From: Vicugna vicugna
Taxonomy: Eukaryota
NCBI GenBank assembly: GCA_013265495.1
Contig: MU058844.1
Coordinates: 15,453,878 to 15,517,877, forward strand
DNA length: 64,000 nt
Direction: 5' to 3'
The notes below the pieces were generated by a model. The model was not told the origin of the DNA and ran no database searches. It worked only from the letters and a program-made list of their open reading frames with translations. The translations under genes and the position numbers were made by a program. Positions 1 through 11,680 of this stretch are shown one piece after another (the stretch's first letter is position 1; the number at the start of each line of letters is the position of its first letter).

Positions 1-339
1 ATAATTAATTGAAATCTAAATGGGATGAATGGCAAAATATTCCAGTATACATCTGAGTCACTTTATCAGCCAACTAACTGATGTATAAAAAAAAAAATCT
101 CTCATGAAAAAAACATTTAAAATGGTCAAATATATCTTCTGATTGGTGAGATTATGAGTTATAAGACACGTGCTTCTTTATTTCTTTTAACAAATTTTCT
201 ATAAGGACCACATGCTACTTTTTAACAACAAAATGAAATTAACAAAAATAGAAACCAGATTACCTAGTTTATCAAGGTGACCCATATTTTGATCTCTGAA
301 TTCTCAAAATTCCTGTAATCTGTTTCAGCAGAATCTCAA

Positions 340-548
340 GATTCTGGAGCCAGAGAGCCTGGGCTTGAATTTATAAATCCACTAACTCACGCTGTGTGAT
401 CGGAGTACAATACTTAGTCACTTAGTGCCTAAATTTCCTCACCTGGAAAAGAAGAAAATAACAGCACTGCCTCAAAAGGTTGTGATAAAGATTAAATGGG
501 TTAGAATGTACGAAGCCGTTAAGAGTGGCCCACATTTAGTAAACACAA
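340..548 (+). mobile_element. MIR SINE
   Basis: ctggagccagagagcctgggcttgaat ... gcctaaatttcctcacctggaaaa ... aagattaaatggg, typical MIR core and 3' end. Confidence 0.8.
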
Positions 549-1479
549 ACCCATTTGTTTTTTGTGGTTGCGACCAACATGTTTTAAAGATAAAGATGAA
601 AGATAATTCTTCGTATGTCTACAACAACCTTCCTTTAAAGTAAACATCCATGCCACAGAGAATTCGCATGAAAACAGGGCACGTGGCTTGCTGTACTGTA
701 TCACGCAGACTCTACACCTATGTCAAGGAAGAGAAAAGCTCTACAAACTTCATCCTAATAGTTGCAATTACCTAGCAGAGAGCTTTTTAAAGTAAATCCT
801 TACACAGCATATACCGGCTGACTGTTTGGACTTTACAATGGTAAAGGAACATCCTCGGACAACAAGGAGAATCAATTGTTGTCCCAACAGCGAGCATCAG
901 AATTCCTCCTAGGGAACCACTGTAATGAAGCACTGGGAGCGGAAACTCAAATCCTTAGAGATGAGCTAGCGTTGAGAAGACACCACAGCAGAGGAAGGGA
1001 ACCTATCGAGCATTAGAAATGAAAACGAACTTGGAAAGAAAGAAGAGGGAAGATATGACTGAGTTATGATGGAAGAGCAACGTGATTTTTAAGAAAAGAA
1101 CGACTCAATATTACATTCTAAGTGTTTGTTTTGTTTTTTTTGCAGTGTAATACCCTGACATTCACACATGCGCACATCTCCCCTCACCTCCAACCCAGGG
1201 CCCCAGTAAAGCCAGGTTGACTGATGGAGTGCTTTCTTATCCACGCGTTTCAATTTTGGGTTTTCTAATGCAAATCAAAGAAAGAGACAAGTTCCACACC
1301 CTCCCTTGACATGGTTTGGGACAGGGACAGACATGTGAGGTAAGGATGTGATCCATTCACAGAAAGTTTTTATCAAGAGATGAGCATTATTAGAACACAA
1401 ATACTTCTCCATCCACCATTCCCAGAACCCTCCCCAGGGGAAACTTTCAGAAATACTGATCTGTGATCTATACTCACTG

Positions 1480-3158
1480 TCTCTCGTTTCTGTATCCTCT
1501 CCCCAATCCACCGCCTTGTACTCCTGAACACACCCATCAGGCCTTTGACCTGAAACTGCTCTTGCCAAGGTCACGCGTGACCTTCGCATGGTAGACTCAA
1601 TAAATAATAAATTCTCAGTCCTCATCTAACTTGACTTACCATTTATCATCTAATTTTCTGTGAAATACTTTCTTTACTCAATGCCCGGAACACCCCATAT
1701 ACGTATTCCTTTAATCAGTTACTTCTTCTCAGTAACCTTTACTAGCTCCTAATCTCTCCAGCCTCTAAACATTGGATCAGTCCCTCCTTGATCCCATTCC
1801 ATCTGCTCTCACAAGCTTGGTGATCTTGTCCAGCCTCACAGCTTTCTACATCATGATATGCTGGCAAACATATATCTCTAGCTGGATTACTCAACCAAAC
1901 TCCCTTTTTATAAATTCAACTGTCCACCTGAATTTCTCAAGGACACCAAACTGCCACCTAAATGTTTAATAGACACATCAGGCTTTAAAATTACCTCTTT
2001 CCACAAACTTTCTGTCTCAGTAAATGGCAATTCCACCCTTCTCGCTTTTAAACCCAAAACCCTGGGGTCACCGCTGGTACCTCTCTTTCTCCCACATCCC
2101 GTTCATCAACAAATTCGTTGTCTCTACTTTCGGCATTTATCTAGAATTGGACCACTTCTGACTACTTCGCTTTTAACATCCCAGTCCAAGCAATTGTCAA
2201 ATTTTGCCTGAATTTTGTCATAGCCTCTTCAGCAGTCTTCATGCCTCTGTCTTTTCCCCCTGCACCAGTGTCTCTCATTCTCAGCATTATTGATGTTTGG
2301 GGCAAGATAATTCTTTGTTGTGGGAAGCTGTCGTGTGCATTGCTGGATGGGTAGCAGTATCCCTGGCCTCTACCCACTAAATGCCAGCAGCACACAATCC
2401 ACCAGTCCCCTTGAATTGTGAAAGCAAAAATGTCTCCAGATATTGCCAAGTGCTTCTGAGGGACAAAATCATCCCTCAGTAGAGAACCATTGCCCTACAG
2501 TGTATCCAACCAAGTTATAAGAATGACCCTTTTATAACAGATGCCACATTACATAATACTTCTGCTCAAAACTGACCAACAGATTTCCATCCCGCTCAGA
2601 AAAAAACAAAAGTCAGAGTCCTTACGACAGCCTGCTGGCCCTACATGATCCATTAGCCACCCATTCCTCCTTGACCTCATCTCCTATTTCCCACCCCTTT
2701 AGTCACCCTGCTCCAGTCATCCTTGCCTCTTTGCTGTTCCTCAAATACGCCAGCAAAGCTGCCATGTCAAAGTCTGGGCACAGCGTTCCCTCTGCCTAGG
2801 GTCCTCGTCCTATAACATCCACTTGGCTTACTCTTCACTCCCTTAAGTTCTTTGCTCAAAAGTCAACTTCCCAACAAAGCTTTCCATACTCACCCATTTA
2901 AAAAACTCAGCCTTTCTCCCATGGCCCATCTGCTCCCCACACTTCCTGACCCTTCAGGCTAGCTTTTTCTTTAACAGCACTGATCTCCATCTGACAATGC
3001 GACTCGTATCCCTAATTGCTTAAACACTTATCTCTACCTAATAGAATGTTAAGCCCCAGGTGGGAAGTGATTTTTTGCCTTTTTTTAATTTGGTGCTGCA
3101 TCCCAATCACATAGAAAAGTGCCTATGTGAGGTATTCAATAAATGCTCATGGAATAAA
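1480..3158 (+). mobile_element. L2 LINE 3' portion (about 1.4 kb), interrupted by MER20
   Basis: L2 hallmarks actgctcttgccaaggtcac..tgacct and tcagtaaatggcaattccacc; 3' end ggtattcaataaatgctcatggaataaataa. Confidence 0.8.
2266..2492 (-). mobile_element. MER20 hAT-Charlie MITE
   Basis: Matches the reverse complement of MER20 (ataattctttgttgtggg ... tccctggcctctacccactaaatgccagcagcac ... aaaatgtctccagatattgccaag ... gagaaccattg). Degenerate 8-bp TSD ccctgcac / ccctacag. Confidence 0.9.
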
Positions 3159-3159
3159 T

Positions 3160-3231
3160 AAGGGAAGAAGGAGGGAGGGAGGAAGAGAGGAAAGGAGGAA
3201 GGAAGGGAGGAGGGGAGGGAGGGAGGGAGGG
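3160..3231 (+). repeat. Pure polypurine (GGAA/GGGA)n tract
   Basis: 72 consecutive purines directly after the L2 tail. Confidence 0.95.
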
Positions 3232-4446
3232 TAGAATAAGGGTCTTGGAAACCATCTCAGATCTGAAACATCAAGGCAGATACAGCTGATTTCTGGGACA
3301 TATCTACATTCGTCATTTACAAAGACTGAGTTAGTTTCCATAGAATTCATTTAAAATATAATTTGTAATGTACAATAAAAAGTAAAGATTTGTCAAAATG
3401 CTTCCATGCTTTGGAATTTGATGTTGGGAGCATTTAGAAAGCATGCTTATAAATCCCTTAGCATATAGATCTGAATATCTAAAGGCATATTAAACAAGTC
3501 GAGCTTAAAGAGAAATTTTACAAAGTGCAGGGGCCGTGGTAACTCCCCTAGCTATAGAAAAAGCAGTGCCTGGGGGTAAGCCGCATCATTCAGTTACATC
3601 CACCGTAAGGCAACTTAACAAGCAATAGTACCAGTGAACAAAGTCCTTTTCTACAGATGAAACCCTGCACAGTTCAATGGCGAGTGAAAGAGAGGAACAG
3701 AGATGCTTCCTGCTGCAAGCTGACAGTTACATGGAACCCCCGGAAATTATAGATTGAGTTCCTCTACTAATTGCTGGTCTGAAGGGGACAAAGATCCACA
3801 TTTTATTTCTCTTGCTGAATGTGCAGGATAAGCACGCGTGAATTTTACATTAGGGTCAAGCTGGGAAGTTCCCAGCCTGCTCTACCTGCAGAAGAGAACA
3901 GTGCTACCTCCCATGCAAATGAGGTCAGGCCTTCCTTTCTGCCTTGGGTGCCCACCAGGGAGATTTCAGTGCAACCGATTCTAATAAGGAAGCTGATATA
4001 GAGGGAAAAGAAAGAAGATTTCACAAAACAAAACAAAACAAAAGACGAGTCCCATTTGAAATAAAATTTTGTTTAGAAATTTGAAATAAAATCTTATGGA
4101 TTCTAAGAGCACATGTCTCAAGAAGACCTCAGAATTTTGTAACATCATTCATTAAAACTGTATACCACATCCATTGATAACAATATCAACTATTCTACTT
4201 TCTGAATCGCTGACTATAAGACCAATAAAGCTACACATCAGGCAAGTACTTTAGTGAAACAGGCCCATCTCCAGCGAGGAGAATGTGTGCTTCAAATGCT
4301 AATACTTCTGATCAGGAAAGCACTTTGTTTTTGTCAATAAGCAATAACTTACAAGGATGCAGATCAAAAATGCTCTTGGGAAGGACAATGGATGGGGAAG
4401 GAGGGTGGGAAACAAAAAAACTGTTGTGATATAATATTTCAAAACA

Positions 4447-4580
4447 GGTTTTATTTGTTTATTTAGAGGAGGGGGAGGTCATTAGGATTACTTTTTTTTT
4501 TTTAATGGAGGTACTGGGAATTGAACCTAGGCTCATGCATGCTAAGCATGCACTCTACCACTGAGCTATATTCTCTCCCC
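4447..4580 (-). mobile_element. Camelid tRNA-derived SINE (Vic-1-like)
   Basis: Reverse complement ggggagagaatatagctcagtggtagagtgcatgcttagcatgcatgagcctaggttcaattcccagtacctccattaaaaaa, with A-box, B-box and the tail aatcctaatgacctccccct..aaataaa. Confidence 0.85.
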
Positions 4581-4984
4581 AAAACAGATTTTCTGAGAAG
4601 AAAAAAAATAATTTCAGCATTTCTAGTAGGTATATATACTCCTTCTCACCTCCTGGAAAGTCACAGTTCACTCCCTGCAAAAGCAGCAGTTTCATTCAAA
4701 TTCAGATAAAATTCACTCATTTATTCATTCAACAAATAATTATTGAACCTATTACCTTCATAAAAGGAAGCAATGTGAACATATTCATGGTGAACACAAT
4801 CTCCATCGTGCCATTTTCTTTCTTTCTTGTTTTCATTCTATTTACTCTAACTGTGTGCTCAAAAGATGACTGTAAAAAAAGCATCTCAGGGACAACCAAT
4901 ACACGTGAGTCTGACATCTGAAAATTAGGAACCAGAAACTAATCAGTGAGTGCCCTCTTAGTATAAAATATTGAATTGTTCTGA

Positions 4985-5170
4985 GAGTCATCAAGACCTA
5001 GCTTGCAATCCCAACTCCTTCTCTCACTGATCATTCTGAGTAAAAGGAAGACCCTTAGGTCTCAGCTTCCTTACATGGAAAACGTTCTAACAGCACCCGC
5101 CCGCATAGCAGTTGTCAAGATTAAATGAGATGTTGGCAAGCACCCCTCCACAGTACTTATTCAACAAATT
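4985..5170 (+). mobile_element. MIR SINE
   Basis: ggtctcagcttccttacatggaaaa ... gtcaagattaaatgagat. Confidence 0.65.
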
Positions 5171-5427
5171 ACAGCTATCTGGGTTATCTCTGGGACATCT
5201 TAAACTTACATAATGCCTTTCCTAATTTCTATGAGCACTTTCTGGCAAGACTTCAGAAGCACTCAGTTTTATTTTACCTCTTCAGAAGAAACCATTCTTA
5301 GTACTCATCTTCTCTAAAAATACAACCCTTGGAACTTCCATGCTTCTGGATGTCTCGAATAAATGCATAAACAAGAAATTCCACATTCAAGGAGCCCTTC
5401 CAATAAAGTAACCAAGAAAAGTCTTAC

Positions 5428-5554
5428 CTAGTTTTGGCAAGGAATAGGGCACTTTAAAGTAGTCTTCGTAAAATTCGATCAGTCTCTTCGTTATATGGAG
5501 GGCGTAGTCCCCGGAACCTCTTCTGATAGCATCAGGCCTTGCGTATAATCGCAC
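5428..5554 (-). CDS. TRHDE: Internal coding exon (127 bp, phase 0 to phase 1) of TRH-degrading ectoenzyme / pyroglutamyl peptidase II, probably exon 3
   Basis: Reverse complement reads GTG CGA TTA TAC GCA AGG ... CCA AAA CTA G = VRLYARPDAIRRGSGDYALHITKRLIEFYEDYFKVPYSLPKL(D), which I recognise as the TRHDE segment just before the AAMEN motif. Flanked by acceptor tttttaattag (AG at 5556-5555) and donor gtaaga (GT at 5427-5426). Exon number is from recall of the human gene structure. Confidence 0.96.
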
Positions 5555-6409
5555 CTAATTAAAAATATACATGAAAGTTACTGTAGCCTTTTGGTACTCG
5601 AATTTTATCTTCCCTGCATATATGAATCTACACAAATCACTTCTAACACTATAAAAATTAAACGGTATTCTCGTTCAGGTACCAAAGCATTCAGGGGCTG
5701 AAAGAATCAAGCTTAAACAACGGAAGTAACCACGCTGAGCAACTCACCATTTCCTAGCTTTACAAGATGACACAGAGAAGATTTATACACCTTGCATCAA
5801 AATAAATATTCGAAGTTATCACTTGCATGTGCTTGCTAGAGATAGGAAGAAACGGTGGAATAGTATAATGGTTCCCTGACTATGCTGAAAGCAGGCAGGA
5901 TACGGCGGCTCGGCAGGAGAGGAAATTCATGGTTTGTTAAAATTACATCGCATCAAGCTTTGGAAGTATGAACAGGCTGAACAAAAATATAATTTATGCT
6001 TCTTCTTTTCTTTGGAACAAACTATCCAACTACCCTTACTCCCAATATGCAAAGTAGGAATAGATAACTTTTCACGTACATCAGTGATTGCCACTTTGGA
6101 GGGCTGTCTCCAACTGCTCTCGGCTCCAAACCAGCTGAAGTAATTCACAATTCTAACACAATCCGGATACTTAATATTGATTTTCAAATCAAGCATTGTG
6201 TATTATCTAGTCCTTGGCCAGAAAGGAGCCTGAGGCAAATGACATAAAACTGAACAAAACCAACAATTGTACAGAAAAGGTTAAAATGAGATTAGCTTTC
6301 CTAAAGCTTTCATAAAGCTATCCAGCATCTTTCTTTCCAAAGGCTAAATCTATTTTTCACAGATGTGGTCCCTAATCCTCATATCAATTCTGTAAATAAG
6401 AAATATGTA

Positions 6410-6590
6410 TTTTGTGGAGCAGCAGAGAATACTGCAGCCTGGGAGTTGGGTTTTAGTCCAGCTCTGCCACTAACCAAGCTGGGTAATATTGAACAAATAA
6501 CTTAAACTCTTTGGGTCTCCAATGTTCTTGCTCATAAAATGAAGGTGTTGGCCACCAGCTGGTTGCTAAAGTGCTTTTCAGCTCTAAAAT
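6410..6590 (+). mobile_element. MIR SINE (MIRc/MIR3-like)
   Basis: ttttagtccagctctgccactaaccaagctggg ... aacttaaactctttgggtctc ... cataaaatgaag. Confidence 0.7.
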
Positions 6591-7092
6591 GCATTATTTC
6601 CAATACCAATTTACAGATAAAGGAGTTCATGTTCTTCTCAAATCACTGAAAAAAATAAATGGTTTACTCACTATGTGGAATTGGATATTTATATTCAACA
6701 AGAAGACAAAAGAAAGCCAAACTCAATCATACAAAATATGATTATACAATTAATTCTTTATTATCCTTGCTTAAAGAAAGAGAACAGAGATGTGTATAAT
6801 CAAAAAGAGTAGAAAGTCAAGGAAAATACATTCTGACTTTATGTTAGAAAGAGCGGTAATTCAATGAGATATTTACTAGACTCAATACCAATTATTTACC
6901 GAAATCGTGTAACGACTTCCCACCTGACAACCAAATGAAATATCAAAGATAGTTCACTGTCATCTACAGTTTTGGTTGGCAGTGGTATAAAATCAGAAAC
7001 TATCAGGAGAACCCCTGCAACAGCTAACGCTCTCAGAGAGATGGTGCTTATGACCCCCAACCCCTGACATCAACTGCTTGTACAACATGCAG

Positions 7093-7568
7093 TGTCTTAA
7101 GTTCTCCAAAAGCAGACCCCAAGGAAAGCATGAGTATACAGGTGATTTATTAAGGAAGTGTTCTCAAGGAGAAACCCACAAGGGGGCAAGGGAAGCAATA
7201 TAACGGAGCATATAAAGCCAAACAAGGGTGTAATTTCAAGTGAAGTTCCGGCCTCCGCCTGATCCTACTGGGAGCTCTAGAGGGTAAATTGCAGTGGTGA
7301 GTTTCCGCTACCTTGAGGCAAGAGAGCTAGACTTCTAGACTCCTGCATCTCAGTCATTGGATACTGGTTACCAAGGGGCAGGCATTAAATCTCAGGCACT
7401 TCTTGTTCCTGGAGCATCTGGATGATGCAGCTCCAGTGGCCCAAAGGTAGTCCTTCGGTGCAGAGGTTGAGTATGAGCTGTTAGAAGCAAGACAGTAAGA
7501 ACTAGGGGATAAGCACAGGAAACAGGAAAGGAGATCTGGTCCTGTACCAAGAGCATACACCACAGACA
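7093..7568 (-). mobile_element. ERVL-class solo LTR (LTR16/LTR33-like; subfamily uncertain)
   Basis: Starts tgtcttaagttctccaaaagcagacccc..gatttattaaggaag, the reverse-strand end of ERVL LTRs with polyA signal; internal gcctgatcctactgggagctctagag; ends ...accacagaca. Confidence 0.65.
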
Positions 7569-7572
7569 AGAA

Positions 7573-7850
7573 TCATTCATTCATACGTTTGTTCATTCAA
7601 CAAATATTTATTTGGCATTTGCTTTGCACCAGGATCTGGACTAAGCATTTCTAACTTCAAGACAAAGAATATGTGTTCTCTGGTCCAAAGCATTATTGGG
7701 AACAAAAAACAATGATGATCTAATCCCCACTCAAAAAGTTGGATAATAATAACAGATAATGATACATGCCACATGAATGATAAACTGTAAGTGCCAAATG
7801 GATACTGAGAAGAATGGAGAGTTTTCTGAAGATTCATGGTGAAGTAAATC
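7573..7850 (-). mobile_element. L2 3' end
   Basis: tcattcattc..cattcaacaaatatttattggcattt..gcaccaggatctggactaagc. Confidence 0.75.
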
Positions 7851-8104
7851 CTAAGTTCACATTAAAACCATAGCCAGGACCATTGCAAAATAACGCAGCA
7901 AAAGGTCACTGATTTTACTCCTAGGAGACACCATGGATTTTAGGAGGAACACAGCCATGCCTATCAATCAACTCTACCAGTTAGTCAAGCTGTCTGGAGG
8001 CCCAGACAAGAAAAGAATGATTAAATCAATCTGTTTGCCAAGATTTGATGGAAATGATCCAATCTGAGTGAGAAGATAAAATGCACACATGCTTAGTACA
8101 GTGT

Positions 8105-9540
8105 CTTCATTTGTTCATTCAAACATTTATTGCGTGCCTGCTGGGTGCCAGGCATTGTACTACAGCATAGAGCGAGAACAATAAAAATCTCCACCACACA
8201 ATAAACAAAACATTTACTCTTACTGCTCTTAAGAGGTTCACAATATGTGGGGAAATAAACAAATAAATCAATAGCAAAATACAATATGAGAAATGTAACT
8301 GCATTCTGCCTTCCCTCCCATTACAAATGATGAACTCCTGTAATATGATGGAATGAACTCCCATTACGAAGGACTGAGCTCCTATCTAAGGCCAAACTCC
8401 ATGTTCTATCTACCCCTCCTCCCTTTTCAAAGACATTATTCTCAAAATTCATTCCTCAGACATGCAAGAGAGGTTCTCCCATCACAGCTTTTGAGATTTC
8501 CCCTAGACATCCCCACAGCTCATTCCCTCTCTTCCTTCAGATACTTTTCCAAATATCTGTTCCTTCTGAGAAGTCTTCTCCCCCACTCCAGGATTCTCCA
8601 TTCTCCTTCCTTGCTTTACTGTCTCCCATTGCATTTATCACCCTTTATCAAAAGATATGCTTCACACACTCATTTTGTTTCTTGCTGCCCTTTTTCCAAG
8701 AATGTAAGTTGCATGAGGGCAAAGATTTTTACCTATTAGTTTTTGTAGGTCAAAATATTTTGTTAAATTTGCCCCTCCAGTACCTGGTACATAGTAGGCA
8801 GACAATAAACCTTTGATGAATGAATAAGTGAATAAATGAATTCCATAGGTATGTAAATACTCAATGGAAGTCTATACAGGGACTTTTTCATGAAAATGTG
8901 GGATTCTCAGGGGTGGAGATATTTCAGCTAAATTTTGGCGGATAAGCTGGATGTAGTAAGCTACCAAGTGGAGGAGGATATCCCAGACCAAAGAAACATT
9001 ATGTCCTAAGGCAACAGTGATAACCAAATGATAAGTGATTTTAAATGGAACAGTAAATAATAGGACTTAATTATGATACTGGCGGTAATTCATGAAGGGC
9101 TATTAAGCCAGAAAAGTGATAAATTTACTTCTGCGTTTAAGAAGGATGATGTGATTGACCTCTACCAGGTGAACTGAGATACAAGTGGTCACTTGTTAAG
9201 ACATCTACAGAAAGACAAAGTTAGAGAAGTGAGCAGATAGAGAGCGATAGGTGAACCTGGAGAAGTAGAGAAACTTCAAATCAAATTAAACAAGGGCTTG
9301 CAAACCAAAATGTAGAATATTAATTTACTGCCATGGGCATAGACAAGTCAAAGATTTTAAACCACAGAATGGCATAATCAGAATTACATTTTAACTGATG
9401 ACATAAGCTACAGAGCAGATGACAGATTAAGAGGGATTAGAAATAAATAAAAGGAAATGAGTTAGATTATTGTAGTGAAAGATGGTGTGGTTTGGAATAG
9501 AGAGATGGCAGCAGGGATGCAGAGAAATGGATAGATTTAT
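8105..9540 (-). mobile_element. L2 (minus) interrupted by a plus-strand L2 at about 8310-8840
   Basis: tcattcaaacatttattgcgtgcctgctgggtgccaggcattg starts the minus copy. The plus copy ends agtacctggtacatagtaggcagacaataaacctttgatgaatgaataagtgaataaatgaa. Confidence 0.65.
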
Positions 9541-10704
9541 TCAGTTGGTCCTAACATCCTGTTGAACAAGTCCCTTACTTACTAGGTAACACCAATTGTC
9601 GTCCCAGTCTCACTTAAGAACAATCATTGACCTTATCTGTCTCTGTCTCACTCCAATGCCCAGCTGAAACAAGTGAGACCAGCTAAAGGATGGGGGCAAA
9701 AGTCCAAAATATTTCACAAACTGTATAATTCCTGTGTGTTTAAACAAGAGTTGGCTGTGCAATACTTCATTTTATACTTTGGGAAAAAAAAAAAAAACCA
9801 CAGCTGTTATTCTTCTTTTAGGGTAACTAGGTTCTGCTTAATCATAACACGGAAACCAAATCTTCATAAACAGAGTTATCACTCAAAAGCAATGAAATAT
9901 AATTTTATTACACCTACTCATTTGCTTTTCTGACAGGCCATGATAAGAGCCCAGCTCTGAAAATGTAAATTGCTAACCAGGCTTTATCTCTCCCTCTGCA
10001 TAGCTTCTTCCTACAACCAATATAAACCAAACTGCCCATTAAGTCCAGTGGAAAGGATATTACACTAGGAAGTAGCACACGGGAACATGCGACTCAGCAC
10101 TGTCACCAAGTACTGTCAACTTGTGAGAGTTAGTTCACTTCTCTGGGCCTCAGCACAAAGTTCCCTCCAGGGGCAAGAGTTTATCATTATCTACACACCA
10201 TATTATCCCTGAGAGATTGGTGCTTCCTCCTCATTTGTCTAAATTAGTCTCATCTAGTCACTAGTTATTTTGAGAAGAAAATAGCGAAAAGGTCTTTGGA
10301 TTTTTTGGTATCTCTACCTAGTTTTACTCTTTGACGTTTTTCACTTCCCTTGAAAGTACCTACCGACTGCTCCGCTGTCATTCTCCATCCTTTCCTCTTG
10401 ACTGTTCCTCTTTTTCCCCCTGAATTGCCCATGATCTTGGTCCTAATTAGAAAGACTAGCCAGCCAATATGAAATAGAAGCTGGCTTTGGAAAAACATTC
10501 TTATGCCCCTGCCCTTGTGGTAATACACAGTAGCAATGAACTAAGGCTTAGGAGCTATATAATTTTGGTCCCATAGGAAGCCTAAATGCCCCAAATTGAT
10601 GTTCCTAGGGGTGTCTGTTTGACCCAGTAGCCTTTACTCTGTAGTTTCACGAACCCTCTATACTTAAAGCATGTTTGTTGCATCTTTTTATAGGATTTTA
10701 AGTA

Positions 10705-11083
10705 CAGCTGACCCTTGGACAACATGGGTTCGAACTGCACAGGTCCACTTACATGTAGATTTCTTTTCAGTAAATGCACTGGAAAAATTTTTTGAGATTT
10801 GTGACAATTTGAAAAAACTTGCAGATGAACCACATAGTCTAGAAATATCCAAAAAAATTAATAGAGGGTTAGGTATGTCATGAATGCAGAAAATACATGT
10901 AGATACACATGAAACATCCAAAATATGTGTTAGTTATCCACTTATGTTATCAGTAAGGCTTCCGGGTCAACAGTGGGCTATTAGTAGTTAAGTTTGGAGA
11001 AATCAAAAGTTATACGTGGATTCTCAGCTGTGCAAAGGGTCCGCTCCCACCTCCCAGCCGCCTTACTGTTCAAGGGTTAACTG
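10705..11083 (+). mobile_element. Tigger2a/MER28-type TcMar MITE
   Basis: TIRs cagctgacccttggacaac ... tgttcaagggttaactg with TA on both sides (10703-10704, 11084-11085); internal gagatttgtgacaatttgaaaaaacttgcagatgaacc. Confidence 0.9.
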
Positions 11084-11479
11084 TATTTTCATTACAGAAG
11101 GAGAACAATACTAAGGCAGACATCATCAACCCCAAAAGGCATCTCTCTTTCTCACAATGACGGGAATGGCGATTAAGTTTCAACGATTCTGAGAGCTGAG
11201 AGTGGCTTCTCAGAGGACAGGTGACGAGCAATCCTGAGACCACATCTGCACTTGTGGGGAGAAAGCGCCACGATCTACGCAATGCCGTCTATGCTCGCAG
11301 GGGTGCGAGAGGTGGCACTGGTGCCAGACATCTCCCACTATTAGGACAGAATATTCTTTGGAAAGGAGTCATAATGGAAGGAAACTTCAGATAAATTGAA
11401 ATTGACTTTGTCTCTGATAGCCGTGCAATTTAGAATAAGAACATCAAAGACCATTTAATGATTTCATCAATGGTCTATT

Positions 11480-11680
11480 TATTTAGTTAGTTACTAGTTA
11501 ATGAGCATCTATTAATGGTTATGTACTGAAAGTCCAAAGGTAAGCAAAAGCGACATGGTCTCCTCTTTCAAGAAGCTTGCAGTCCAGCGGGGAGATACAG
11601 CAACTAAGTCTTACTGAGAAAATCAATGTGGACGCAATTTACAATGGCTCTTCAAAGAAGTCCTCTCCACAGAGATGAAG
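11480..11680 (-). mobile_element. L2 3' fragment
   Basis: aatgagcatctatta ... ttcaagaagcttgcagtccagcggggagatac. Confidence 0.55.

Larger units (their letters stand above)
1..5427 (-). other. TRHDE: TRHDE intron downstream of the exon (probably intron 3, incomplete)
   Basis: Begins at the GT donor 5427-5426. No next exon (DLLAVPKHPYAAMENWG...) seen in 1-5427. Confidence 0.8.

Noticed and set aside
4505-4580. tRNA-like sequence
   Set aside because: SINE head with A-rich tail, not a tRNA gene (no complete cloverleaf).
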